The translations under genes and the position numbers were made by a program. The notes below the pieces were generated by a model, which saw only the letters and a program-made list of their open reading frames with translations, did not search any database and was not told where the DNA came from. A DNA stretch of 64,000 nucleotides from Candidatus Lustribacter sp. (GTDB lineage: Bacteria > Vulcanimicrobiota > Vulcanimicrobiia > Vulcanimicrobiales > Vulcanimicrobiaceae): NCBI GenBank assembly GCA_965277805.1, contig OZ255842.1:3552001-3616000 (forward strand). Direction: 5' to 3'. Shown piece by piece: positions 37,964 through 47,444 of the stretch. Position 1 is the first letter of the stretch; each line of letters starts with the position of its first letter.

Positions 37964-38949
37964 TTCGCTGGTTGTTGCCCGTTCTCGGACTCGTGCTCGC
38001 GCTCACGGCGGGCCGCACGATGGCTGCCGACGACGCGTGGCCAACCAAACCGCTCACGATCGTGGTTGCGACGGCGGCCGGCGGCGGCTTCGACCTCATG
38101 GCGCGCATGACGGCCCCGCTGCTCGGCCAGCAACTCGGCGTTCCGGTGGCGGTCATCAACAAGGAGGGCGGCTCCGAGCTGATCGGCTCCGCGTATCTGC
38201 TAAGCCAGCCGCACGACGGCAACACGATCCTGGTCGTGGGTTCGGTGCCGTATTGGTATGCCGACATCAACGAATTGCACGCACCGTTCAAACTCGCCGA
38301 TTTCGACGTGCTCAACATTCAGTCGGAAGACCGCTCGTCGGTGATGGTTCCGAAAGACAGCCGGTTCAAGTCGCTCAAAGATCTGCTGACCGAAGTGAAG
38401 GCGCATCCGGGGACGCTCAGCGTCGCGGTCGTTCGCGACTCGGGGGAGTTCTATAACTTCGGCATCATGCGCGAGAGCCTCGGTTTGCCGCCCTCGGCGA
38501 TTCGCGTCGTCACGTATGAATCGAGCGCACCGCTGCGCACGGCGCTCGCGGGCGGCCAAGTCGATTTCGCCGTCATCTCGCTCGATGCGAGCGCATCGAT
38601 CATTCAGCTGCTGAAACCGCTGGCGATCTTCGGACCGCCCGATAAAGCATTCCCCGGGCTGCCGTCGGTCGAGAGCGTGATCAAACCGATGGGCGCGAAG
38701 TCGCCCGAATTCGTGCCGAGTTCTTACCGCGCATTCGTCGTGCCGGCCGACTTCAAGACGCTCTATCCCGACCGCTACAAAAAGCTACTGCACGCCTACC
38801 AAACGGTCGTGCAGAGCCCCGAGCTGATCCAGAAAGCTGCCGCAGCAAGTCTGCCGGCGCTTTGGCTCGGCCCCGACAAGTCGAAGCAAGAGATCGACCA
38901 TGCCTTCACGCTGTTTCAAAAACATGGAAACTTGCTAACGGAAAAGTGA
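37957..38949 (+). CDS. Tripartite tricarboxylate transporter binding protein (TctC/Bug)
   Basis: Signal peptide, WPTKPLTIVV..AAGGGFDLMAR, V.N..GG, DGNTIL. Confidence 0.88.
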   Translation: MLIRWLLPVLGLVLALTAGRTMAADDAWPTKPLTIVVATAAGGGFDLMARMTAPLLGQQLGVPVAVINKEGGSELIGSAYLLSQPHDGNTILVVGSVPYWYADINELHAPFKLADFDVLNIQSEDRSSVMVPKDSRFKSLKDLLTEVKAHPGTLSVAVVRDSGEFYNFGIMRESLGLPPSAIRVVTYESSAPLRTALAGGQVDFAVISLDASASIIQLLKPLAIFGPPDKAFPGLPSVESVIKPMGAKSPEFVPSSYRAFVVPADFKTLYPDRYKKLLHAYQTVVQSPELIQKAAAASLPALWLGPDKSKQEIDHAFTLFQKHGNLLTEK

Positions 38950-38980
38950 GTGGCGGTCCCTCGACAAGCTCGGGATGACA
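38950..38980 (+). repeat. Dispersed REP-like repeat, copy 3
   Basis: GTGGCGGTCCCTCGACAAGCTCGGGATGACA directly after the tctC stop. Confidence 0.85.
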
Positions 38981-39157
38981 GTGGGCATGGTTGGCTACCG
39001 TACATAATACCGTGCAGTAGGTCGAACGACCCATTGCCGAGCGTATTCTCGACTTAGTAGCATTACAGAGCCGTAGTTAGGCCGTCTGAACGAGGGAGCG
39101 ATACGTGTTTGCTCCGGCTCGCAAATATGCCCCGATTGCCGTTTTGAGCTGGGGACC

Positions 39158-40357
39158 GTGATACGTCACCGCTGGCTGAGTTCGTTTGCCTTCTACTTGC
39201 TGGCGACGAACTGTGCCCAGCGGCAAGCCCGCGCGGCTGACGCTCCTGCGCCGGCGGCATTCCAAGAATGGAGTACCGCATTCGCGGCGTGGATCACCGA
39301 GAACCAAGTGAGTAAGAGCGGCTTGGCGCGCTATTATCGCTTCGGCCCCCTTTCGGATCTCGAATCGACCGTCGCGACCGCATATGCGATCATTTACTTT
39401 TGTGCGAACGATCCGCGAGCGGCAATTGCGTTCGGTGATGCACTGCTTGCGCTTCAGCGGCGATTCCAGCACGACAAACTGGTCGGTGGCGGCATTCCGA
39501 GCGATCCGGAAAAGAAGAACGCCGGCTTTTATTCAGGGGATGCCTTGATCGCCCTGGACGCGATGATGGCGCTATATTCCGTGACGCACGATGCGAAGTA
39601 CGCCGAATCAGCACGCCTACTTGCCGGCTTCATCGTACGGTTGTCCGATGGCGAGCGCCTCGGCGCCTTGGCGAAGAACTTGTCGTTTCCGATTGCCTAC
39701 GTCGTCCCGGACGGTACGTTCGAAAACTCCATTCGAACCGACGTTCCGTTGATGTGCTTCAAAGCGCTCGGGAATTATGCCGCGCTCAGCAAGGACCGTG
39801 ATGCGCAGATCCTCTATGAAGGCGGGCGGCAATTCGTCTTGGCAGAAGCGCAGAGCGCGAGCGGCGTGTTCTACGATCATTACGATCCGGGCTACCCTCC
39901 GAAGCACTACAGTCGCGACCGCTGGCGCTTTTATTCGAGCCAGCATGGTCGCGACGCCGTCCTCGCAGACAACGTCCTCATGGCGGCGTTGGGCATCAAG
40001 CGGCTCGGCGGACAGCCGCAGGTCGATCGCTTTCTCGACTGGCTCAAACCCCACGACGGAGCGTTTTACGGATACACGGACGCGCACACGTCGGATTCGG
40101 CGTTTTTGCCCCTCAGCGTACCCTATTTCGACATCGTCGCGTCCGGCATGTACCTCACGCTTGTCGCAGGGACTCCCAAAGCCGACGGGGCGGACGCTCG
40201 GGCCGCGCGCCGGCTGTTAGAGCGCCAGCGTGCCCCGGACGGAGGCTGGTACTGGGGGCTTCAGACCGACGGTCTCCATACCGACAGCAACGCCGAAGCA
40301 CTCATCACCGGTTTTTGGGCGGTTCGAACGTTGAGCGATGCGGCGTGGCTCGGATGA
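39158..40357 (+). CDS. Secreted hypothetical protein, possible (alpha/alpha)6 glycoside hydrolase-like fold
   Basis: Signal peptide; helical repeats with FYSGD..IALDAM..LY..THDAKY..SA..LA.F and QRAPDGGW. Confidence 0.55.
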   Translation: MIRHRWLSSFAFYLLATNCAQRQARAADAPAPAAFQEWSTAFAAWITENQVSKSGLARYYRFGPLSDLESTVATAYAIIYFCANDPRAAIAFGDALLALQRRFQHDKLVGGGIPSDPEKKNAGFYSGDALIALDAMMALYSVTHDAKYAESARLLAGFIVRLSDGERLGALAKNLSFPIAYVVPDGTFENSIRTDVPLMCFKALGNYAALSKDRDAQILYEGGRQFVLAEAQSASGVFYDHYDPGYPPKHYSRDRWRFYSSQHGRDAVLADNVLMAALGIKRLGGQPQVDRFLDWLKPHDGAFYGYTDAHTSDSAFLPLSVPYFDIVASGMYLTLVAGTPKADGADARAARRLLERQRAPDGGWYWGLQTDGLHTDSNAEALITGFWAVRTLSDAAWLG

Positions 40358-41172
40358 GAGCGGCTGCGTTGGCCTGTGCTTGTGCGTTGGCGACCATGAA
40401 CGCCCTCGCACCGGCGTCGGCTGCGCCAACGACCGAAGTGGAACTGAGCCAGAGCGCCATCTACTTCACGAGCCCCGGGGACACGTACGGTCCCTGGCAC
40501 TTCACCTCGCTGACGGTCGAAAGCAATGCCAACGGGTCGACCTACGGCGGCGAAGTGGACTATGGCACCACCGAGCAGTCGTTGTCGGACATTTCACGCG
40601 GGACGTTCGTCTCGCTCAATAACACGCAAAACTGGACGAATACGTTCTACACGTTTGCCGCGATCGGCGCAGGCACGGCGAACCCATACCCGACGCTTTC
40701 AGCATATCTCGAAGCCGACTTCAAGACATTGCCTTCCCGCCGGCTCGTTCTTTCGGTTGGTCTCGGCACCGACCACTATGCGTCCGGCTTCGGCGGCAAC
40801 CTGCTTTCGATCGGCGGCGAGTACTACTGGCCGAAATTCGTCGCCGGTGTGCGGGCGCTCATCGACCACAACACGTCGAGTCCGACGGTACTGGGCGCCC
40901 TTACGACGTTTGAATACGACCCTGCCGCGGGCCGCAGCATCATCGGCACCCTGCAAGTCGGACAACAGGATTATCTTTCAGCGGCACCGTCGCTGCCGCC
41001 ATCTCGCGCGAACTATCAAGGCTACGCCGCGACGTTGACCTTCAAGCAGAACATCACCCGGTCGGTAGGTGTCGCCTTGGGCGGCGTGCTGCAGCAACAG
41101 CACGACGCGGTTAGCGGTCTACCCGTCTTTACCTCACGCGGCTTTACTTTCGGCTTCTATTTCGAGCAGTGA
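40354..41172 (+). CDS. Outer-membrane beta-barrel protein (YaiO-like)
   Basis: Signal peptide, alternating aromatic/Gly beta-strands, YGPW, C-terminal RGFTFGFYFEQ beta-signal. Confidence 0.6.
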   Translation: MRAAALACACALATMNALAPASAAPTTEVELSQSAIYFTSPGDTYGPWHFTSLTVESNANGSTYGGEVDYGTTEQSLSDISRGTFVSLNNTQNWTNTFYTFAAIGAGTANPYPTLSAYLEADFKTLPSRRLVLSVGLGTDHYASGFGGNLLSIGGEYYWPKFVAGVRALIDHNTSSPTVLGALTTFEYDPAAGRSIIGTLQVGQQDYLSAAPSLPPSRANYQGYAATLTFKQNITRSVGVALGGVLQQQHDAVSGLPVFTSRGFTFGFYFEQ

Positions 41173-41173
41173 G

Positions 41174-41914
41174 ATGCTTCCACACCGTGCCCATCGTCGC
41201 CTGAAGCGGACGCACCGGCCGTTTATCGCACTGCTTGCGTTCGCTGCTGCAGTCGAAGGTGTACTGTTCGCATTTTTGCCCTCCGTATTGCGCGCCGGCG
41301 TGATGCTTGACGCAAGCCTTCTCCAAGCACTCGGACAAAGCGCACCGGTCATATACGACAATTTCTTGCACCTCGGCGCTACCGTGATCGGATTGGCGCT
41401 GCCGCCCATCGACTACCGCACGCTGACGGTTCTGTCGGCAAGCGGAGTCGCGCTGATCGCGATCGTGTCGGCAATCCGTCTGCCGTTGCCGATCCGCTAC
41501 GGCGTCAATCTGCATCTCATCCTCGTGATCGCCGCCGCGATGTACCTACTCGCCGGAACGGCGCCGGGTTACGATGGAACGGAATTCTCCGCGCTGATCG
41601 TTCATACCGCGCTCCTCACCATTCCGGTGCTCGCGCTGTTTGCGGCCGCCATGGGGGTTCTCTTCCCGTTGACTCTGCCGGAAACCATCGGTTTCGTGCT
41701 GGCGGTGGTTGCGTATGATTTCGTACTGACCGTCCTGCGGTACGCCGCGTTTCTCATCATCGCAGCTCACCTGGGTGCTATCGTGTTGCCGCTGCTTTAT
41801 ATGCTTTACGGCCCCTTACTCGACATCTTGCCGATCGGAATGATGCTCATGGTGCTCCTTACCCGCGTTTCAGCGCGCCTGCAACGTACTCCCGAGGCGT
41901 GGCAATGGATGTAG
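41174..41914 (+). CDS. Multi-pass membrane hypothetical protein
   Basis: About six hydrophobic segments; tightly coupled within the operon. Confidence 0.7.
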   Translation: MLPHRAHRRLKRTHRPFIALLAFAAAVEGVLFAFLPSVLRAGVMLDASLLQALGQSAPVIYDNFLHLGATVIGLALPPIDYRTLTVLSASGVALIAIVSAIRLPLPIRYGVNLHLILVIAAAMYLLAGTAPGYDGTEFSALIVHTALLTIPVLALFAAAMGVLFPLTLPETIGFVLAVVAYDFVLTVLRYAAFLIIAAHLGAIVLPLLYMLYGPLLDILPIGMMLMVLLTRVSARLQRTPEAWQWM

Positions 41915-43176
41915 CGCTGCGTGTCTGGATCGTTTTCGTAGCCGTTATCGGGAGCCTTTACGCCGTGCGCCACCTGCTGTTTTCGTGGAACCGGCTATGG
42001 ATGTGCCAGCGCACCGCCCTACACGAACTGCAGGATCGAACTCCACCTCCGGTCACGGTTCTGGTTCCGATGCACAACGAAGAGAAAGTCGCCGCCCGTA
42101 TCCTCGAACTCTTGGCCGGAAGCGACTATCCGAAAGAACTGCTGCAAGTGATTGCGATCAACGATCATTCGGAAGACGGAACCGCCGAAATCGTCGACGC
42201 GTACACGCGCCGCTTTCCGTTCATCGAAGCACTTCATATAAAGCAGGGCGCGCGCGGAAAGGCAGCGGGGCTCAATCGCGCGCTGATCCTCGCAAAGTAC
42301 GAAATCGTCCTCGTGTTCGATGCCGACTATGAGCCGGCTCCCGGATTGCTTCGAACACTGGGGGCCGTCTTTCTCGATCCGACCGTCGGTGCTTGCATGG
42401 GACGCGTGGTGCCCGTGAACACCGGCCGGAATCTCTTGACGCGATTACTCTCGCTCGAGCGCACCGGCGGCTACCAAGTCGATCAGCAAGCACGCTTCAA
42501 TCTCGGACTGCTGCCGCAGTACGGGGGCACGGTGGGCGGCTTCAGACGGTCGGTCGTCATGGAACTGGGCGGATTTGACCCGTCGGCCGTTTCGGAAGAC
42601 ACCGATCTAACCATTCGGATGTACATCGCCGGCTGGGGCGTCGCCTACGTGAATCGCGCTGAGTGCTACGAGGAAGTCCCCGAAACCTGGAGCGTGCGAT
42701 TCCGGCAGTTGCGCCGCTGGTCGCGCGGACACAATACCGCGTTGATCAAGACGTGCGTCGCGTTACTGCGCTGCAGACGCAGCTGGCGGGAAAAATACGA
42801 TGCCTTCCTGCTCATGGGTGAGTTCACGATGCCGCCGCTCATCCTTTCGGCTGCAGCGGCGAACGTCGTGTTGTTCTTGCAAGGATCCGCTCTTGCTTGG
42901 GAAGAGCTGGCGCTTTCGCTTTTGATCGTTCTGTACAACGCCTTCGGAAGCTTTGCACCGTTTTATCAAATCGCCGCCGGCGAACTGCTCGACGGAGCAA
43001 ACCGCCGTCTGATGCTCATTCCGTTCATGGCTCTCGCGTTTCCATTCAATTGCTGGTGCGTCACGACGGGAGCGTTTGATGCCTGGGGCGACGTTCTCAA
43101 ACAGCGGATACCGATCTGGGAAAAGACCGAACGCTTCGCCACGGCGGTGACGGTGGAAAATGCAGGCGTTGGTTAG
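41905..43176 (+). CDS. Processive GT2 glycosyltransferase (polysaccharide synthase-like)
   Basis: VPMHNEE, NDHSED, GKAAGLN, VFDAD, SEDTD, QLRRW and flanking TM helices. Confidence 0.9.
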   Translation: MDVALRVWIVFVAVIGSLYAVRHLLFSWNRLWMCQRTALHELQDRTPPPVTVLVPMHNEEKVAARILELLAGSDYPKELLQVIAINDHSEDGTAEIVDAYTRRFPFIEALHIKQGARGKAAGLNRALILAKYEIVLVFDADYEPAPGLLRTLGAVFLDPTVGACMGRVVPVNTGRNLLTRLLSLERTGGYQVDQQARFNLGLLPQYGGTVGGFRRSVVMELGGFDPSAVSEDTDLTIRMYIAGWGVAYVNRAECYEEVPETWSVRFRQLRRWSRGHNTALIKTCVALLRCRRSWREKYDAFLLMGEFTMPPLILSAAAANVVLFLQGSALAWEELALSLLIVLYNAFGSFAPFYQIAAGELLDGANRRLMLIPFMALAFPFNCWCVTTGAFDAWGDVLKQRIPIWEKTERFATAVTVENAGVG

Positions 43177-44107
43177 CATTCTGATCTTGGCGACGCTCTT
43201 GGCGGTCGTCACGATCCCTTTCATGCCGGGCCTCTTCGAAATACTGCGGCCCAGCGACGACCGGCCGTTGGCCTTGGATCGTTCGTACGCGCGAGATCCG
43301 TTTGTTCTTGCGCGGGAATTTCGCGCCGAGTTTCAGTCCTTACTCGCGATTCCAAGCTGGCGGCATACGAGCTCCCCTTCAAAGGACGTCCGGCTGGCGT
43401 CGGTGCTCCGCATCGCAAACGGTGGTCACGAGCGGCGCGCGGTTTTTGCTACGACGTCGATCGAGACGGGCACGGAAGCGCGGCTCGGCAACTGCTATGC
43501 GCGCCAATCGGTCACGCTCGGTCCGAATTCGCGCGCTCGCGCGGTGCTTACTGAGGGCAGCCTCCGGCTGATGTACGGATCGAGCATCGAGCGTTGGTGC
43601 CATTCGGCAGTAGACACATATGCGGAGGCCGCCTGCGACTTGGGCCGATCGGCAACCAGCGAGGGCACGCTCAACGCGGAGCGCGGCGTTCGCTTTCAAC
43701 GTGTGCATGGGAATCCGGTATGCACCTATGCGGACGTTTTGACGTCCGGCACGGCGATGGAGCAATTGGTTTTAGCGGGCGAGGAGGGCCCGCTCGTGAC
43801 GAACGGTGACTGCGACATTCCGGCCGGGACGGTCATACACGGGTCGATCCGGTCGCGTGCGGCCGTTCGGGTCGGAAGCGCGGCGCAAGTACATGGCAAC
43901 GTAATCGCTTCCGGAGAAATCGTGCTCGAGCCCCACGCGATCGTCTTGGGACACGTATCATCGCCGGCCGACATAAGGCTCGGCGCAAACTCCCGCGTCG
44001 GAAGCAGTCTCAACGCGAAGACGGTCTACGGTAGCCGCGTCGTGCTAGCCGCCGGAGTGCGCGTCTTTGGATCGATCGTGACGAACCGCGGGGGATTGAT
44101 CGAATGA
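43160..44107 (+). CDS. Membrane-anchored beta-helix (bactofilin/polymer-forming-like) protein
   Basis: N-terminal TM, then repeats such as VIHGSIRS..VRVG..VHGNVIA..VLGHV..VFGSI. Confidence 0.6.
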   Translation: MQALVSILILATLLAVVTIPFMPGLFEILRPSDDRPLALDRSYARDPFVLAREFRAEFQSLLAIPSWRHTSSPSKDVRLASVLRIANGGHERRAVFATTSIETGTEARLGNCYARQSVTLGPNSRARAVLTEGSLRLMYGSSIERWCHSAVDTYAEAACDLGRSATSEGTLNAERGVRFQRVHGNPVCTYADVLTSGTAMEQLVLAGEEGPLVTNGDCDIPAGTVIHGSIRSRAAVRVGSAAQVHGNVIASGEIVLEPHAIVLGHVSSPADIRLGANSRVGSSLNAKTVYGSRVVLAAGVRVFGSIVTNRGGLIE

Positions 44108-45942
44108 ATCGGCAGGTCGTCCTCGCGGCCGGCGTCCTGCTGCTCTGCATCGCGACGTTTCATCGCGCGTACACGCTTGCGACGTTTGCGCCGGCCAACC
44201 GCATCGTCGTCGGAATGGTGTATGACTCCAGACCTCTGGCGTCGGAGTCGGAGCTGCTCGCGGCGTACCAGTCGTTTTTTGAGGAAAACGGCATCCCGTT
44301 CACCATGGTCGCCTCAAGCGATCTCGTGCTGAAGACGCCTGACGAACTGATCGCAACGTTTCCTGCCCTCGTCTTCGGGGACGGGGTCGACGCCTGGGTC
44401 CCCGCCGCCACGCCGCAATTGATGCGTCGATATGCGGCCCTGGGCGGTAACGTGGCGCTGATCGGAGACGTTGGAACCCGGGATCGATTTGGGCAATTTC
44501 TCGGGCGCGCGGCGACCGCCGACCTGATCGGGGTCGACTACGTGCGATATTCAATCAGCCCGCAAACGTCGCTTTTTCACGGATCGTTTCAATTCGCCGA
44601 CGACGCCACGGTGGCCCGATGGGGCGTCCCGCTCGGAAAATTGACGCCGAAATTGGAGATCGCGTCCTATCAGTACGGCCCGTTGATCTATCCGTTCGCA
44701 AAGGCTGTCGTCATTGCACCGGACGTTCGGATCGATGCATCGAGTGGCAATAGCCCGGTGCTGGCGACGCGCCGCATCCGTCGCGGGAACGTCCTTTGGA
44801 CCGGACTGCCGCTGGGCTACCTGAAGGGTCACAGCGATGCCTTTCCCATGCAACTCATCTTACAGCAGTTTCTGGACCATACGGCCGGCGTGCCGCATCT
44901 CGTGCCCGCGCCGGGCGGCATCGGCCGTCTTATCATCAACGTCCACCTCGATTCGAATGCGGAGTGGCAGTCGATCCCGCACCTATTTGCCGCACGGCTC
45001 GTTCGCAAAACGGTACCGATGGAGTTCGACGCGACGGCCGGCCCGGATCGCGACCGCCCGGGTGATCACGAAGGCCTCGACGCGTGCGGACTCGGTGAAC
45101 CGCTGATTCGAGAACTCGAGGGATACGGCACGATTGGATCTCACGGCGGCTGGGCGCACAACTATTTCGCCTGGGGTGTCGAGGACGGCACGCTCGCGAA
45201 AAACCGCATCACCGATCTCATCAAGCGCAACAACGAGTGCCTCACGAGCATTACCGGCAAGCCGATCCGCAGCTTCGCGGCTCCCGATGGCGCTCAACCG
45301 CAACCATTGATGACAAACATCTTGGCGCGGTTGGGCATGAATTCGTATTACTATACGGGCGATACCGGAATGTCGGCGACGCGCGCCTTCTACGACGGAA
45401 GAATGGTGAGCTCGTCCGTTTGGGCGTTCCCGATCATGCCGTACGATCGCGCCGCATCCCTACATGAGATGGCCGTCGCGAAGGACAAGCCACAAGCCGT
45501 TCTGCATTGGCTCGACACCTCGGCAGCGTACGCGGCGCGCACGCGTTCGATCATGTTGGTGTACAGCCATGGCTACGACCTCTTCGTAAACGATCAGTTC
45601 GACTCGTCGTTCAGGAGCTTCTTGGACTCCGTCCAACGTCTAGAGAAATCGGGCCGGCTCTTGACGGCCGGCATGGCGCAATCCGCAACCTTTCTGCAAC
45701 GGTTCGTCACGACGAACGATACGTTCGAACGGACGACGCACGGCATGATCGTTCATTTAGCGAACGGCAAGGGGCTCCGGGATATCGCGTTTGCGGTGCC
45801 GTTCGGCTACGTCCCGCAAGTTCGTACGCCGTGGTTGGCGTACCGCGGCGCGGAGCAGGCGTCCGGAGTATTCGCGATTACCGACAATCGCAAGACAGCC
45901 GACATATCATTTTCCACGACGTCTATGACGCTGCGTCGATGA
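44104..45942 (+). CDS. Secreted polysaccharide deacetylase family protein
   Basis: NVHLDS, IGSHGGWAH, FAAPDG, YYYTGD and VYSH NodB-like motifs. Confidence 0.75.
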   Translation: MNRQVVLAAGVLLLCIATFHRAYTLATFAPANRIVVGMVYDSRPLASESELLAAYQSFFEENGIPFTMVASSDLVLKTPDELIATFPALVFGDGVDAWVPAATPQLMRRYAALGGNVALIGDVGTRDRFGQFLGRAATADLIGVDYVRYSISPQTSLFHGSFQFADDATVARWGVPLGKLTPKLEIASYQYGPLIYPFAKAVVIAPDVRIDASSGNSPVLATRRIRRGNVLWTGLPLGYLKGHSDAFPMQLILQQFLDHTAGVPHLVPAPGGIGRLIINVHLDSNAEWQSIPHLFAARLVRKTVPMEFDATAGPDRDRPGDHEGLDACGLGEPLIRELEGYGTIGSHGGWAHNYFAWGVEDGTLAKNRITDLIKRNNECLTSITGKPIRSFAAPDGAQPQPLMTNILARLGMNSYYYTGDTGMSATRAFYDGRMVSSSVWAFPIMPYDRAASLHEMAVAKDKPQAVLHWLDTSAAYAARTRSIMLVYSHGYDLFVNDQFDSSFRSFLDSVQRLEKSGRLLTAGMAQSATFLQRFVTTNDTFERTTHGMIVHLANGKGLRDIAFAVPFGYVPQVRTPWLAYRGAEQASGVFAITDNRKTADISFSTTSMTLRR

Positions 45943-46469
45943 TCGGCAGCGCACGTGCGGCAGGCTACGTTCCAAGATTCAGCATTGCTCTTCTCGTGCT
46001 GGCTGCGGTGCTGATTTGGCCGGCGACCGCGATTTCGAGCCTCCCCCGGCTCGCGCGCGTGTCGTATGAGGATCCGCTGCTCTCGCGTGTGACGATCCTT
46101 TGGCGATGCGACCCGGTATCCGGCGGAAACGTCGTCTACCGCGGTTACATGGATGCGGCTCCGCATGGAACCGCCGAGACGGTCGTGGGGGGTCTCATCT
46201 GGCTCGCCGATAGCGGCTTGATCGGCAAGGGCAAGACCGTGACGTCTCGCCAAACGGACGGCCGTTTTTCGGCAGCGGTCGACGTCCCTCGCGGTCCCGA
46301 GGGAACCTTCAACCTGATGCCGTTTCGGATTCTGTTCAACGGTTCGAAGTGCGGATCGCCGGTCAGCATCTACTGGTTGCCCATCGACGAGGCCGACCTG
46401 CCGTCCATCGCACGCTCGAACGATCGGCGTTTCTCCATCGACCGCGCACACGAATTCGCGTTGCGCTGA
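45939..46469 (+). CDS. Secreted hypothetical protein
   Basis: ATGA overlap with the deacetylase; signal peptide FSIALLVLAAVLIWPATA. Confidence 0.55.
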   Translation: MIGSARAAGYVPRFSIALLVLAAVLIWPATAISSLPRLARVSYEDPLLSRVTILWRCDPVSGGNVVYRGYMDAAPHGTAETVVGGLIWLADSGLIGKGKTVTSRQTDGRFSAAVDVPRGPEGTFNLMPFRILFNGSKCGSPVSIYWLPIDEADLPSIARSNDRRFSIDRAHEFALR

Positions 46470-46484
46470 CGGGCCACGTTCATT

Positions 46485-47144
46485 TCACCGGAACGAGGCG
46501 ACGACGCCGTTGCAGACGAGTGCCCAGCCGTCGACGAGTACGAATAGGAGCAGTTTGCAGGGGAGTGAGATGATGGGCGGGCTTAGCATGAACATCCCCA
46601 GGCCCATCAGCACGGCGGCGACGGCAAGGTCGATGGCGACGAACGGGAGATAAAGCGCGACGCCGATCGCGAACGCGCTACGCAGTTCACCGACGACGAA
46701 CGCGGGGATCAGAACCGTAAGCGGCGTGCGTTCGGGCGCTTCGTCGGACGGGCGGTGCGCGACGTGCGCGAAAACGTCGATGTCGCGCCGTTTCGTCTGC
46801 CGCAGCATGAACGCGCGCAGCGGTTCGACGGCACGATTGAGAAACTGCCGCTGCGACATCGTACCGGCGGCGTACGGGCGCAATGCGTCGTGCTCGATGC
46901 GCTCGATCGTCGGCGTCATGATGACGAACGTCAACACGAGCGCGAGGCCGGTCAACACGGGATTCGGCGGCAGCGATGCCGCGCCGATCGCGGAGCGCAC
47001 CAGCGAGAGCACGACGACGATGCGAACGAACGACGTCGAAAGCACCAGCACGAACGGTGCGATCGAGAGGAGCGTCAGCCCGGCCAGAATATCGAGCGGC
47101 AGCGCCGCGTGATTGCGGCCCGCGATCGAAAGCAACTCGTCCAT
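46485..47144 (-). CDS. fliP: Export gate protein FliP (no N-terminal signal extension)
   Basis: LTLLSIAP..TSFVRIVVVLS, PPNPVL, PLRAFMLRQT, LIPAFVVGEL, LYLPF..IDL, KLLLFVLVDGW. Confidence 0.95.
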   Translation of the reverse strand: MDELLSIAGRNHAALPLDILAGLTLLSIAPFVLVLSTSFVRIVVVLSLVRSAIGAASLPPNPVLTGLALVLTFVIMTPTIERIEHDALRPYAAGTMSQRQFLNRAVEPLRAFMLRQTKRRDIDVFAHVAHRPSDEAPERTPLTVLIPAFVVGELRSAFAIGVALYLPFVAIDLAVAAVLMGLGMFMLSPPIISLPCKLLLFVLVDGWALVCNGVVASFR

Positions 47145-47182
47145 GCGTCCACCGTAGACGGTGCGCATGGCCGCGATGTTAC
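47145..47182 (-). promoter_or_regulatory. Direct-repeat motif plus -10 box, probable leaderless promoter of fliP
   Basis: Minus strand GTAAC-N6-GCCAT-N10-TACGGT-N6-ATG. Confidence 0.55.
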
Positions 47183-47186
47183 CGCG

Positions 47187-47444
47187 TTACGGTTTTTCGA
47201 TGAGCTCCGTGACGCGGACGCCGAAGTTTTCATCGATGGCGACGACTTCGCCGCGCGCGACGAGGCGATCGTTGACGAGCAAGTCCACCGGACCACCGGC
47301 GAGACGATCGAGTTCGACCACCGAACCCGTCCCGAGCTTCAGGATGTCGCGCACCAACATTTTGGCCGTGCCAAGTTCAGCCGTTACCGTGAGCGGCACG
47401 TTCATCAACAGATCGAGATTATTGCCGTCCGGCGCGATCACCAC
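47187..47444 (-). CDS. fliN: C-ring protein FliN
   Basis: NLDLLMNVPLTVTAELG..ILKLGTGSVVELDRLAGGPVDLLVN..ARGEVVAIDENFGVRVTE. Confidence 0.95.
   Translation of the reverse strand: MVIAPDGNNLDLLMNVPLTVTAELGTAKMLVRDILKLGTGSVVELDRLAGGPVDLLVNDRLVARGEVVAIDENFGVRVTELIEKP

Noticed and set aside
36499-38949. 816-aa ORF
   Set aside because: Shadow frame over tctA; the real TctC starts at 37957 with a signal peptide.
38981-39157. c-di-GMP or other riboswitch upstream of the polysaccharide operon
   Set aside because: No recognisable consensus on either strand; an Rfam/Infernal scan would be needed.
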